Shown here piece by piece: positions 1 to 9,327 of a stretch of DNA of 64,000 nt (positions are counted from its first letter, which is position 1; every line of letters begins with the position of its first letter). The position numbers were made by a program, and so were the translations under genes. Source of the DNA: a virus (taxonomy: Duplodnaviria; Heunggongvirae; Uroviricota; Caudoviricetes); the IMG/VR virus record IMGVR_UViG_3300031344_000001. One strand, written 5' to 3'. Below the pieces are notes generated by a model, which saw only the letters and a program-made list of their open reading frames with translations, was not told where the DNA came from and did not search any database.

Positions 1-179
1 ACGTAGGCGTCGAGGTCGTCGACGATCTTCTGCACGTCCTCAAGCGGGAGGAGGCCCGAGAGCCGGACTTCGATCACGGCTTCCTTGGCGAGGCGCGCGG
101 CGGCGTCGAGCTTGGTGCCGGCAGCGATAAGCGCGATGAGGCGCGCACGGTTGCCCGGGGGCATGGTGAAGGCGCTCAC
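1..179 (-). CDS. Hypothetical protein, 3' end runs off the window
   Basis: GTG at 179 overlapping the upstream stop; open to position 1 (MSAFTMPPGNRARL...). Confidence 0.5.
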   Translation of the reverse strand, partial: MSAFTMPPGNRARLIALIAAGTKLDAAARLAKEAVIEVRLSGLLPLEDVQKIVDDLDAY

Positions 180-466
180 GGCTTCTTCGCCTTGAGCCGT
201 CGGATCGTCTCCTTGGCGTCGCGTTCGTTGTCGATCGTCTTGAGCAGTGCGCTGCCGGTCGGCCGGATCGCGACTTCGATGTGGAAGCCGTAGTCGGTCT
301 TGGTGCGGAGTAGATCGAGCAGCTCGGTGAGCGTGCCCATCTGGATCTCGCCGCCCTTCTCGACGGCGCGCATGATGCTGTCCGCGCTGGTCCGCAGGGG
401 GTCGTCGACCTTGCCGCGCGTCGGCTTGTAATCCGCGGCCTTCTGATCTACGTGGCGCTTGGTCAC
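176..466 (-). CDS. Hypothetical protein (96 aa)
   Basis: C-terminal part of ORF 176..970; GTG at 466 coupled to the upstream stop. Confidence 0.6.
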   Translation of the reverse strand: MTKRHVDQKAADYKPTRGKVDDPLRTSADSIMRAVEKGGEIQMGTLTELLDLLRTKTDYGFHIEVAIRPTGSALLKTIDNERDAKETIRRLKAKKP

Positions 467-945
467 TTGAGTTGCTCCCTTCGGGCGTCGTCGACGTCGG
501 CCTCGTCGATGCGTCGCACGACGTGCTCGATGATCCGGCGCGGGTCGCTGTTGAGTGACGCGACGCGCACGATCGCGGCGGTCAGGTCGGCCAGGGCCCT
601 GGCGGCGACGCCCCCAGTGTCTTCGCCGGGTACGTCCTGGCCGAGTGCGATTTCGAGGGCGGTGTCCGCGAGCAGGTGGGGCTCCGCTGCGACGGTGTCC
701 TGGTGCCGTCGCCCTTGTTTGGTCAGCCATCCGTCGTCGATCGTGTCGAATAGGCTGACCACGGACTCGATCGCGAGCCGCGGCTTCGCGGAGAGCGCCG
801 CGACGTGGGCGATCGCGTTGGCGAGGTAGAGCAGGGCCTCGGCGCCGCCCGCGCTTTGTCGCGCGTACCCGACCTCCATGCACAGCGCGATGTGGAAGAG
901 CTGCTGTCCGCGGCGCGTGACCCGCGCGTGCTCGTCGGGTTTCAC
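463..945 (-). CDS. Hypothetical protein (160 aa)
   Basis: GTG at 945 overlaps the stop of 942..1145; protein-like composition. Confidence 0.6.
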   Translation of the reverse strand: MKPDEHARVTRRGQQLFHIALCMEVGYARQSAGGAEALLYLANAIAHVAALSAKPRLAIESVVSLFDTIDDGWLTKQGRRHQDTVAAEPHLLADTALEIALGQDVPGEDTGGVAARALADLTAAIVRVASLNSDPRRIIEHVVRRIDEADVDDARREQLK

Positions 946-1145
946 GGCACCTTCGTCGGCGCCGGAGCACCCTGGGTGAAAGCGTTCCGCCAGCCTTCTC
1001 CGAAGAGGTCGCGGAGGACCGTGGTGAGCACGACGCGCACCGATCCGCACTTGGTGCATCGACTCATGCTCGACTGCTCGTGGCCGCAGGCGGCGCACGC
1101 GCAGCCCGGCGTGAGGTCTTCTTCTTTTGGTCTCTTCGTCGTCAC
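942..1145 (-). CDS. Small zinc-ribbon protein
   Basis: CAAC..CTKC motifs; AAGGAGG RBS upstream. Confidence 0.65.
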   Translation of the reverse strand: MTTKRPKEEDLTPGCACAACGHEQSSMSRCTKCGSVRVVLTTVLRDLFGEGWRNAFTQGAPAPTKVP

Positions 1146-1226
1146 GTGCTTACCCCTCCTTCGTAGCGGTGTTCGCGTCCTCGCGTAATGGGTGCTGTCG
1201 TACTCCCCCGGGCTCCTGGGGCGATC

Positions 1227-1757
1227 TCAGCCCTTCTTGGGCTTCTTCTTCGGGGGCTTGAGCGGTGACGCCTTCGGCGCCCGCGGCAAGTCCGGTAGCT
1301 CTTGACCGCGCGCCGCGGCACGCACGCCGTTGATGAGCGCTTCGAGTACGGGGGCCCATTCCGGGTCGACGTTGAGCGTGCGTTTTCCGGCGCGCGAGCG
1401 TGTGAACCCGACGTCGTGGTGCAGGAGCACCGCGTCGACCCAGGCTTCGATCGCTGCGGTCTGGCCGGGGTCGTCGTCCTCGTCCCCGTCGCCGTCGTCC
1501 CCTGGGAGTCCCTGGGCGCGCGCGCGGGCGCTCGCCCGCGCGGCGTTCGCCTCGGCCTCGGCGAGGCCGGCGACCTTCCGTCGGTCCGCCGCCGCCTTGA
1601 GCTGCGCCGCCTCCAGCGTGTTCTGGGCTTTGATCTTGGCGTTGACGATGGACAGCTCACCCTGGAGGTGCACGCGCTCCGCGGGGGGTAGTTGCGCCGC
1701 GAGGCGCTCCACGAGCTCAGCGCGCGTTCGCGCGAGCGACACCTTGTCTTCGATCAT
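1227..1757 (-). CDS. Hypothetical protein with acidic patch and Lys-rich tail
   Basis: ORF track 176 aa; fits the minus-strand gene block. Confidence 0.65.
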   Translation of the reverse strand: MIEDKVSLARTRAELVERLAAQLPPAERVHLQGELSIVNAKIKAQNTLEAAQLKAAADRRKVAGLAEAEANAARASARARAQGLPGDDGDGDEDDDPGQTAAIEAWVDAVLLHHDVGFTRSRAGKRTLNVDPEWAPVLEALINGVRAAARGQELPDLPRAPKASPLKPPKKKPKKG

Positions 1758-1849
1758 TCCTTGCTCTCCAGCTTCTTGGTGAGGATCTGCCCGACGTGGG
1801 TGGTGATCGGCCCGTAGACGCGACGGACGTAGAACGCCGGCTTCGCCAC

Positions 1850-2059
1850 CTACGCGGCTCCTTCACGGAGGCCGGCCTTGCGGATCTTTTGCGCGAGCGC
1901 TGCGAATCGGTCGGCACGTGGACCGGAGTGGTGCATGTCCGCGGCGTCCATGAGGGCGTCGTAGATGTCGCGCCAGTCACGCACGGAGAAGTGTGTCGCG
2001 GCGCCGCGGTGCCGCGGCGCGCTTACCTTCTTGGGCGTCTTCATCGTCGTGGCCTTCAT
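1850..2059 (-). CDS. Hypothetical protein (69 aa)
   Basis: Start overlaps the upstream stop. Confidence 0.55.
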   Translation of the reverse strand: MKATTMKTPKKVSAPRHRGAATHFSVRDWRDIYDALMDAADMHHSGPRADRFAALAQKIRKAGLREGAA

Positions 2060-2754
2060 CGATCTTCTCTTCCTGCCAGGTCGACCAGGCGTCGGTGGGT
2101 GTTCTCAACGGCCAGCTCCGCCTCGAATCGCGCCTCGAAGGCGCGGTTCAGCTCCGCCTTGATCGTGGCTACCAGCACCTCGCACTCGTGCTGATGCCTC
2201 CGCGCGCGGGCGTACGCGATGCCCGCTTCCGCGAGCGGATCTTCGGCGGTCGGTGGCGAAGTGGTCGTGACTTCGACCTCGACCTCCGTGCGCGGGTCTT
2301 CGGTGACCGCGGCGATCGGATCTTCGGTGCTCGGCGCGGGCGCGGGCGCAGGCAGGGACGCTTGTCGTGGCGGCGGGGGAGCTGGCAGGATCTTCGGGCC
2401 GTTGGCCGTGATCAGCACGGGCGTCCACGCCTCGAAGTTGTTGCGGGCCATCGCCTCGTCGAGCACGGTGATCACCGTCTCGTCGCGCACGACCGCGTAG
2501 TACGTCGCGTGGTGGCACGCGACCGAGCGGAGCGTCGTGACGGCCTCGGGGGCGCGGTGGTCGAGCACCTGGTAGTTGAACTCGGCGTAGCCGAGGCGCT
2601 CGTCGAGCAGGTTGCCCAGGTCGTTGTCGTTGCGGTGGCGGAACTCCTCGTCGACGCGCTCGCGGAAGCGCTCGATCGCGTGCTCGCTGATCGTGAGGCG
2701 GCGCTTGTGCGCGCGGGTGGGGGCGCGGGCGGATCGGGAGGTGAAGGCGCTCAT
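2056..2754 (-). CDS. Hypothetical protein (232 aa), Pro-rich linker and coiled-coil C-terminus
   Basis: ORF track; GGAGG RBS; ISEHAIERFRERV segment. Confidence 0.65.
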   Translation of the reverse strand: MSAFTSRSARAPTRAHKRRLTISEHAIERFRERVDEEFRHRNDNDLGNLLDERLGYAEFNYQVLDHRAPEAVTTLRSVACHHATYYAVVRDETVITVLDEAMARNNFEAWTPVLITANGPKILPAPPPPRQASLPAPAPAPSTEDPIAAVTEDPRTEVEVEVTTTSPPTAEDPLAEAGIAYARARRHQHECEVLVATIKAELNRAFEARFEAELAVENTHRRLVDLAGREDR

Positions 2755-2803
2755 GGCTTGCGGCTATCGTCACCGGAGTTCAGGGACTCGTCGAAGGGTA
2801 CGG

Positions 2804-3061
2804 TCACTGCCAGTCCCCGTGCGGCCAGTCCCCGCGCTCGACGCGCTCGGCCGCCTTCAGCTGGATTCCCCGCGAGGTCCCGTCGCCGTCGCAGACGTGG
2901 CAGCAGGCCCGCCGCGCCAGCTCTTCGATCTCCCAGGGTGCCCCCAGCTGGATCGCGGCAGAGCGCAGGAACGTGCGCGCGCCCTCCTCGTAGAACTCCA
3001 GCGCCGCTGCGTGGCGCAGCAGCTCGACGACTCTCGCACGTTGGGCGGTTGGCAAGGGCAT
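2804..3061 (-). CDS. Hypothetical protein (85 aa)
   Basis: ORF track; CHVC motif. Confidence 0.55.
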   Translation of the reverse strand: MPLPTAQRARVVELLRHAAALEFYEEGARTFLRSAAIQLGAPWEIEELARRACCHVCDGDGTSRGIQLKAAERVERGDWPHGDWQ

Positions 3062-3070
3062 GGTGGGTTC

Positions 3071-3352
3071 CTAGTCGTAGGGGTCGTACGTGCGGACGAC
3101 CCGGGGTTCGTCACCGTCGAGGTAGATGACGGGGGAGAGCTTCGTGCGATCGCGCATGGCGCGTTTCATGTCGACGAGGAACTCGTCCGTGATCGCCGGC
3201 AGGTCTTTCGGTGCGACGACGATGACGATCTCGAGGTCGAAGCGCCCGTGGTGCCGCAGGAGGTTCGCGGTGTCCTTGTCCGCGCAGCGCTCCTCGACGC
3301 GCGCCATGAGCCATTGCATGTGTTCTCGATCGACCGGGACCTTGTGCACCAC
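3071..3352 (-). CDS. Hypothetical protein (93 aa)
   Basis: ORF track; GAGGTGG upstream. Confidence 0.55.
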   Translation of the reverse strand: MVHKVPVDREHMQWLMARVEERCADKDTANLLRHHGRFDLEIVIVVAPKDLPAITDEFLVDMKRAMRDRTKLSPVIYLDGDEPRVVRTYDPYD

Positions 3353-3701
3353 TCACCACCTCTCGATGTAACCGTGCCCGGGGCAGCCCTTGCGCGGGCA
3401 CTTCACGCGCTTGTAGCCGTCGGGGCCGCCGCCGATGTCCCTGCCGTGCTGGCTCTCGACCTCTTCGGGCAGGTACTCGATGACCGCCTTGCACGAGTCG
3501 CACGCGACACGTTTGCCCTTCGGTGGCAAGCGTGGAGTTCACGCGCCTCGGTGGCGGCCGACTTCAGCGGACGGCGGTCGTGCGTGTTCGACGGTGCTCC
3601 ACGGCACCAGGGACCATCGTGCCCGCACGAGCACTGGTAGCGCGCCTTGTCGCCGCACCACAGTACGCGCAGCAGGCGGTGATCGCTTTCGTTTGGTTTG
3701 T

Positions 3702-3920
3702 TCATGGGGCTGCCTTCGAGGCTCCGACCTCTTCCCAGCGGTCGACGCCCGGGATGAGCCCGAGCGTCGAGCCGTTGTCCCATTGGACGTGGACGGTCCC
3801 GAGGTCGTCGACCAGCGTGACCGTGCCTTCGAGGCCGGGCAGGTTGGACGAGTGCTCGTCCGCGTAGCCGTAGCGGACGAGGCGGACGCGCCGACCGACG
3901 GGCGCGGGGGCTGTCTTCAT
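3702..3920 (-). CDS. DUF4314-like SH3-fold protein
   Basis: GRRVRL..GTVTLVDDLGTVHVQWDNGSTLGLIPGVD matches the recalled DUF4314 consensus; ATG at 3920. Confidence 0.75.
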   Translation of the reverse strand: MKTAPAPVGRRVRLVRYGYADEHSSNLPGLEGTVTLVDDLGTVHVQWDNGSTLGLIPGVDRWEEVGASKAAP

Positions 3921-4474
3921 CGCGGCGGCCTCCGCACACCCAGGGCGGCGCCGGTGATCTTGACCTTGTCGCAGGCGTCGTCGTGCGCGCGCCGCCACCA
4001 CACGACGCCCTCGATGTCGTGCGTACGAAAGAACTCGACGAGGCCGGCCTTGTCGCGCGGCACGGCGTCGAGGATGTCGTAGCCGTGACGGATCAGGCGG
4101 TGCTCGCGCAGCCCTTCCGGGTTGCCGCCGATCTTCGGTCCGCACGCTTCGTACGTGCCGTCTGCGACCCAGGCGGCTCCGGCGGCTCGGATCCACTGGT
4201 CTTCGGGACGCTCCGCGGGTACCCAGCCCGGGTGGTGCCCCGTGTTCGGATCGGGGTCCTGCGCGGGCTCGAAGCCGGGGGGTGGCGCCTTGCCGCGCTT
4301 GGCGTCGTAGCGCGCGAACAGGCGCCCGTCGCGCACGAGGACCGCGGTGCCGTCCCACTTCCGTGTGGCGACGCCCTCGCCGGCGACGACCCACGCGGCG
4401 CCCGGGTGGAAATCGTCGGTGAGGACCCGCGGGTTGCTCGGGTCGCGGGCGAAGAGGGAGGAGATCTTCTTCAT
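3917..4474 (-). CDS. DUF5565 / RLIG1-like RNA ligase family protein
   Basis: GEGVATRKWDGT (ligase motif I KxDG), RYDAKRGK, GHHPGWVP, GTYEACGPKIGGNPE, IEGVVW; ATG at 4474. Confidence 0.7.
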   Translation of the reverse strand: MKKISSLFARDPSNPRVLTDDFHPGAAWVVAGEGVATRKWDGTAVLVRDGRLFARYDAKRGKAPPPGFEPAQDPDPNTGHHPGWVPAERPEDQWIRAAGAAWVADGTYEACGPKIGGNPEGLREHRLIRHGYDILDAVPRDKAGLVEFFRTHDIEGVVWWRRAHDDACDKVKITGAALGVRRPPR

Positions 4475-5988
4475 GGGACCCTCTTGAGGGGACGACAGAA
4501 CAGGTGGGGCAGCGTGAGCGCGAGCTGGGTCAGCCGCGCGCCGAGGCGGCACAGAGCCTCGTGGAACTCGGCGTCGAGGTGGTTGGAGGATTCGCTGTGC
4601 CCGAGTTCATGCAGCAGCAGCTGGTTGAGGTCCACGGTCGGCCGCATGACCTCGTCGCCCTCCTCCAGCGGGCCGTCCACACACGCCTCGAAGAAGGCGT
4701 GCCCCAGCCGACCGAGGTTGAGCACGAGCCCCTGGTCGCCGTAGCAGGCGGCCCAGCCCTCGGTGACGTCGGAGAGGATCGACACCTTGACGGGCGTCTG
4801 GACCAGCTCGCGACAGACGACCTCGGCGTACTCGACGACCGCGCGCATCTCTCGCGTCCACTTTTCGCGCGGCACCCAGGTGTCCTTGCCGTCGGGGGCG
4901 AACAGCGCCTTCTTGGTCGGCGCGATCTGGCCGGCGGGCCGCGTCTTGGCGCCGTCGTGCTTCTTGACGTTCGCCCACTGGTCGGCGGTGAGCTGGCCAC
5001 CCTTGATGAGCATGTACCCCTGCGCGACGAGGTTCATGTTCGCTTCGGGGTCGGAAGGGTCCCAGATCGCGCGCTTCTCTCCGTACTTGAGGTCGAGCGC
5101 CTTGGAGACGGCCTCGGGCGCCGCGTGCTCGTCGGCGAGCGCCTCGTTCACGAACGTGGCGTTGGCGTCTTCGGTCGAGAGCTCCGCGTGCATCGCATTG
5201 ACGACGACCGTGCGCACGTCTCGCAGGTAGCCGGGCGTGACGTTGTCGCGGTCCATGTTGAGGACGGTCTTCTGCTCGATCGACACGTCCCACTTGTCGC
5301 CGGTCTCGACCACGGGGATCCCCAGCTCGTAGAGCATCGGGACCTGACCTGGCAGCGGAGCGTAGATGCTCACGGTCGTCTTGCGTGACGACCGGCGGAG
5401 GACACCCTCCTCGTCGGCGACCTCGGTCGCGAGCGTCGCCTCGACCGTCTTGATCGGCGTGCGGGCCGGCAGGGGTTCGCCGTTGACGGTGATCGTGACG
5501 CCGGACGGGGCGATGAGCCGACGCAGACCGTCCTTGATCTCCGTCAGCTCGGCGCGGGTGATGCGCGCGATGCCCATGAACTCGGTGCCGCGTTCGCGGC
5601 GGGCACGCATGTTCGTTCGCCCGCGCCCGTCGAACATGACCGCGCCCTTGGTCGAGATGATCGACGCCTCAGTGCAGAGCGCGAGCACGAGCTTTTCGCC
5701 GAGATTAAAGCGCCCTCGCTTGGTCGGGTACGCCTTGCGGCTCGACTCGGCGAACAGTGTCCACGCGTGGGTCAGGTCGGTGAAGCCGTCCGGCGCGTCG
5801 TCTCGCACGACGATGGTGGCGTGCGGGACGCCTTCCTCGGGTTCCAGCACGACCTCGACGCGGGTGACCCCGTCGGCGTCGAGCGCGTTGCCGATCAGCT
5901 CGTGGACGAGCGCGATCTTGCCGCGGCGCTCGATCAGCTTGGCGAGCCCTCGACGATCGATCTCGAACCAGTTCTTGGCTTCGCTCAC
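4471..5988 (-). CDS. GHKL (Hsp90/MORC-like) ATPase fused to a C-terminal HExxH zincin-like domain
   Basis: ELIGNALDAD, VRDDAPDG, KRGRFNLGEK boxes; LLLHELGH..H near the C-terminus; 505 aa. Confidence 0.75.
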   Translation of the reverse strand: MSEAKNWFEIDRRGLAKLIERRGKIALVHELIGNALDADGVTRVEVVLEPEEGVPHATIVVRDDAPDGFTDLTHAWTLFAESSRKAYPTKRGRFNLGEKLVLALCTEASIISTKGAVMFDGRGRTNMRARRERGTEFMGIARITRAELTEIKDGLRRLIAPSGVTITVNGEPLPARTPIKTVEATLATEVADEEGVLRRSSRKTTVSIYAPLPGQVPMLYELGIPVVETGDKWDVSIEQKTVLNMDRDNVTPGYLRDVRTVVVNAMHAELSTEDANATFVNEALADEHAAPEAVSKALDLKYGEKRAIWDPSDPEANMNLVAQGYMLIKGGQLTADQWANVKKHDGAKTRPAGQIAPTKKALFAPDGKDTWVPREKWTREMRAVVEYAEVVCRELVQTPVKVSILSDVTEGWAACYGDQGLVLNLGRLGHAFFEACVDGPLEEGDEVMRPTVDLNQLLLHELGHSESSNHLDAEFHEALCRLGARLTQLALTLPHLFCRPLKRVP

Positions 5989-5997
5989 AGGTTCTCC

Positions 5998-6321
5998 TTA
6001 GAGCAGCTTGACGTGGGAGATGACGTTGCTGATGGGAGGCTCGGTGCGGACGTGGTCGACGTGGACGACGATGTTGCGGACGCGCAGGTCCTCGGCCTCG
6101 TCCTCGACCTCGAACTCCGGCGTGACGTCGCGGAACGTGCGGTAACCGAAGCCGGCCTCGCCGGACGACCAGACGTCACGTCCCACGAGCACGTGCTCCA
6201 GGGCCTCCTCGGGCGAGGAGCTGTCGGGCACGGCCCAGGTTAGCTCGCCCTTTTTGGGGGCGCGGAACTCGATCCAGACGCGGAGCGTGTCGCGGACCTC
6301 GACGAGGGCCTTGGCGCTCAC
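5998..6321 (-). CDS. Hypothetical protein (107 aa)
   Basis: GTG at 6321 coupled to the upstream stop. Confidence 0.55.
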   Translation of the reverse strand: MSAKALVEVRDTLRVWIEFRAPKKGELTWAVPDSSSPEEALEHVLVGRDVWSSGEAGFGYRTFRDVTPEFEVEDEAEDLRVRNIVVHVDHVRTEPPISNVISHVKLL

Positions 6322-6644
6322 GGTGTCGCGCCCTCGCGGCTGCCGAACGCGCGGTCGATCACGCCGTGCACGTCGACCACCAGTCTGATCGCGTCGCGCA
6401 GCGCTGCGTGGTTCATGAAGCTGCCGTCGTCGTCGCAGAGGTCGGCGGGGTCGGTCCACAGTAGCGCGTGACCATGCGCCGTCTTGGGCAGTGGCGCGAC
6501 GGCACGCTCGATGATCGCGTCGCAGCCGACCGGCAGGCTGACCTCGACGCTGCAAAGCTTGCCGGCGTGCTCGACCGTCCGCCCCGTGAGCAGGACGTTG
6601 AGGCCGATGCCGTTGCCGGACGGCGTGCTCGTGTACAACTTCAC
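6318..6644 (-). CDS. Hypothetical protein (108 aa)
   Basis: GTG at 6644 coupled to the upstream stop. Confidence 0.55.
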   Translation of the reverse strand: MKLYTSTPSGNGIGLNVLLTGRTVEHAGKLCSVEVSLPVGCDAIIERAVAPLPKTAHGHALLWTDPADLCDDDGSFMNHAALRDAIRLVVDVHGVIDRAFGSREGATP

Positions 6645-6844
6645 GGCGTCGCCTTGGGCGAGCGCGGGACGTCGGGGACGAAGTGTCCGACGTCGATGAA
6701 CTCGACCCCGTCGTCGCGCGTCTGCGCGCAGTAGAGGTAGAAGGTCCCGGCGACGCCGGGTTCGCGGTGCGTGACCGCGCACGTCTCGTGCGGGTCGCAG
6801 GCGAGCAGGACGAACTGGAAGATAGCGGTAACGATCGAGAGCAT
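6641..6844 (-). CDS. Small protein with hydrophobic N-terminus (possible lipoprotein)
   Basis: MLSIVTAIFQFVLLAC; ATG at 6844. Confidence 0.5.
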   Translation of the reverse strand: MLSIVTAIFQFVLLACDPHETCAVTHREPGVAGTFYLYCAQTRDDGVEFIDVGHFVPDVPRSPKATP

Positions 6845-6846
6845 GG

Positions 6847-7344
6847 TCAGGAGTCCTTCTGCGCGGCGAACGCGCGGGTGGGAGCTTCCGGGAGCGCGAG
6901 GTCGCGCAGGCGGAAGCGCAGGTAGACGCCGGGGGACGGCGTGGCACGAAACACGGCCTCGACCGAGTGTGTGCCCGGGCACTGGCTGACGTAGTGCATC
7001 GTCTCCGAGGTGATGAGCCTCTGCGGAGGCTCCAGCACGACCCAGGCGCCGTCGTGGAACCAGCGCCAGGGTTGGGCGAAGGGCTCCATGATCGACTGCA
7101 CCCGCGGCGTGGCGTCCGTGATCGACTGCACCTGCGGCGTGGCGTCCATCGGAGACGCCGTGACGTTGTTGAGGCGGGACGCCTCGGCGCGAGCGTCGGC
7201 GCGACGGTCGTGCTCGGACTGTTGCTGGCCGGTCTCGCGATCGCGCACGACCCACGTGCGGTCGCGTGGCGGTGGCGGGTTGAGCGAGCCGAGGTTGTCG
7301 CAGGGCTCGACGACGTAGCGAAGGTATCGAGTGGGCACCTTCAT
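6847..7344 (-). CDS. Hypothetical protein (165 aa) with an internal 10-aa duplication
   Basis: ATG at 7344; DATPQVQSIT/DATPRVQSIM from a 30-bp tandem repeat near 7088-7147. Confidence 0.6.
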   Translation of the reverse strand: MKVPTRYLRYVVEPCDNLGSLNPPPPRDRTWVVRDRETGQQQSEHDRRADARAEASRLNNVTASPMDATPQVQSITDATPRVQSIMEPFAQPWRWFHDGAWVVLEPPQRLITSETMHYVSQCPGTHSVEAVFRATPSPGVYLRFRLRDLALPEAPTRAFAAQKDS

Positions 7345-7937
7345 GACTGGTCCTCCTCGGTGCGGGGGCGCTCCCACGTCAGCTCGCCCGGGTGGCAGTC
7401 GCTGTAGGTGTCGCGACCGTCGGACACGTGGAGGCCGCACGCGGCGGCGAAGGCCGCGAGGTCGAACGCGGCGTCGCTGGCCGCGAACTCGACGGCGATC
7501 GCGTTCGCCGTCGCCGCGACTCCGAAGCGTAGCTCCAGCTCGCGCTCGCGCCACACGTCGTCGCCGTCGTTCAGGCGACGATCGGAGAACGCCTCGACGC
7601 GGCCCTTGATGGCGCGGGCCACCAGGTCGTAGGGGGCGACCGTCTTCGCGCCTTGCTGTGCCTTGACGGCTGCGATCGCGAGGTCGATCGCCTTGTCGAG
7701 TGAGCGGGAGCCCCCGTGCGCGATCATCTGGCGCGTGGGCCCCTCACCGCGGCACTCGTTGACGAAGCCCCCGCCGGTGAGGCCGATCAAGATTGTGACG
7801 CGCGTGTCGACGTCGTCACGGAAGATCTTGACCTGGTCATCTTGGGCGATTGGATCGGCGGCCTCGACGAGGTGCGCGGCGAGGCCGACCTCTGCGAGGC
7901 GCGTGATGATCCACCGCTTGTCTTCCGGGAGGATCAC
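7341..7937 (-). CDS. Hypothetical protein (198 aa); N-terminal domain paralogous to 8317..8628
   Basis: GTG at 7937; ILPED..DDQ.KIF..DVDTRVTI..VKAQQGAK shared with the paralogue. Confidence 0.65.
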   Translation of the reverse strand: MILPEDKRWIITRLAEVGLAAHLVEAADPIAQDDQVKIFRDDVDTRVTILIGLTGGGFVNECRGEGPTRQMIAHGGSRSLDKAIDLAIAAVKAQQGAKTVAPYDLVARAIKGRVEAFSDRRLNDGDDVWRERELELRFGVAATANAIAVEFAASDAAFDLAAFAAACGLHVSDGRDTYSDCHPGELTWERPRTEEDQS

Positions 7938-8320
7938 GTTGCCTTCTTCGTACCCTGCGAGGGCTTGATCTTGTCGATCTGGTTGATGCGCTCGTAGCGC
8001 GGGCCGGGGACTTCCTTGGCCAGCGACGGCAAGAGGAACAGGTAGCCGCCGGTCACCGTATCGGGCACGCACTCCGCGAGGCCGAACGTGACGAGCTTGA
8101 ACATCGCGGTGACGTTGAGCCCGTAGATCTTCTCGCGCACCGTGCCCACGACGTGGTTCACGTCGGTGTACGGCACCTCGCGGTACCAGGAGCCCCTGGC
8201 ATTGATGAGCTTGCCGCCGACCGTGCGCAGCACGTCGTACTGGTACTGCTGGGCGTCGGAGAGGAAGCGCCCGTTGGGGAGTGTGGTGCGAGGGAAGCGC
8301 TTCGGCATGAAGGGGGTCAC
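7934..8320 (-). CDS. Hypothetical protein (128 aa)
   Basis: ORF track; coupled stop/start. Confidence 0.6.
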   Translation of the reverse strand: MTPFMPKRFPRTTLPNGRFLSDAQQYQYDVLRTVGGKLINARGSWYREVPYTDVNHVVGTVREKIYGLNVTAMFKLVTFGLAECVPDTVTGGYLFLLPSLAKEVPGPRYERINQIDKIKPSQGTKKAT

Positions 8321-8628
8321 GACGAGGTCTCCTTTGCGCCCTGCTGGGCCTTGACGGTCTCGATTGCGCGGTCGATCGCCTTGCGGAGCGAGCGGAAGCT
8401 GCCGCGCAGGATCATCACGAGCGAGGCGTCCGCGCCGCGGTGCTCGTTGACGTGGTAGTCGCCGCCGATGCGCGCGACCTGGATCGTGACGCGGGTGTCG
8501 ACGTCGCCGCAGAAGATCTCGATCTGGTCATCCTCGACGTCCGGATCGGTAGACTCGACGAAGCGCGCCGTGAGGCCCGCCGCGGTGAACCTCGCCGCGA
8601 GGTGACGCATGTCCTCGGGCAGGATCAC
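8317..8628 (-). CDS. Hypothetical protein (103 aa), paralogue of the 7341..7937 N-terminus
   Basis: GTG at 8628; aligns by eye over ~100 aa. Confidence 0.65.
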   Translation of the reverse strand: MILPEDMRHLAARFTAAGLTARFVESTDPDVEDDQIEIFCGDVDTRVTIQVARIGGDYHVNEHRGADASLVMILRGSFRSLRKAIDRAIETVKAQQGAKETSS

Positions 8629-9101
8629 AGCACCACCAACTCGGCGACGACGGCCTTGCGCTTGGCCGCGATGGTGTCCGCGAGCGCCTTGGGGTCCGCG
8701 TCCGGTTTGAACGCGAACCACAGCCACGTGTCCCCGTGGCGCAGCCGCGCGGCGCGCAGGCCCTGCGCCTGGCTCCTGGCCTTCTCTTTCGCGTCGGCAT
8801 TGGCGATCTTCTTGGCGAACGCCTGGTCGGACTTCTTGGCAAGCTCGGCCTCGACGAGCTGGTCGACGACCCACTCGGCGCCGCTCGTGAAGTTCGCGTA
8901 CTTGATCGGCACGAGGGTCTTGCCGTGGGCCTCGACCTGGTCGCGCACCGACGGGTCGAGGTGCACCAGGGTGCAGCCGCCGTGGCCGTCGTTCTCGGCG
9001 TGGCCGACCTTCTTGCCGTCGACCCAGACGTCCGCCGCGAACGCGGTGGTCTCCTGGGAGAGGCGCGCGTTGGTCGTGAACCGCTTCAGCTCGATCTTCA
9101 C
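8625..9101 (-). CDS. Phage-type hypothetical protein (158 aa)
   Basis: KIELK..SQETTAF.A.VWVDGKKVG.AENDGHGG; first gene after an operator-containing intergenic region. Confidence 0.65.
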   Translation of the reverse strand: MKIELKRFTTNARLSQETTAFAADVWVDGKKVGHAENDGHGGCTLVHLDPSVRDQVEAHGKTLVPIKYANFTSGAEWVVDQLVEAELAKKSDQAFAKKIANADAKEKARSQAQGLRAARLRHGDTWLWFAFKPDADPKALADTIAAKRKAVVAELVVL

Positions 9102-9163
9102 GACCAGGACCTATTGCGCGCGGCGTGCCGTCCGATCGCAGGCGTAAGCCCGCGATCGCAAAA

Positions 9164-9248
9164 CCTGGGTAGCGTGTCACCCGGTGCCGAGCAGCCACGG
9201 CAGCCACGGGCACGTGACGCTCGAGAGACGGGTGCTGCGATACCCAGG
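9164..9248. promoter_or_regulatory. Paired GGGT-N8-ACCC operator-like sites
   Basis: GGGT at 9167 and 9230, each followed 8 nt later by ACCC; lies between divergent genes. Confidence 0.55.
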
Positions 9249-9327
9249 ATCATGCGGGGGCCGCCCTCGCGGCCATCGCGGATGCGTACGTCGCACACAC
9301 CACGCCGTCGAGTGGCATGATGGCGTG

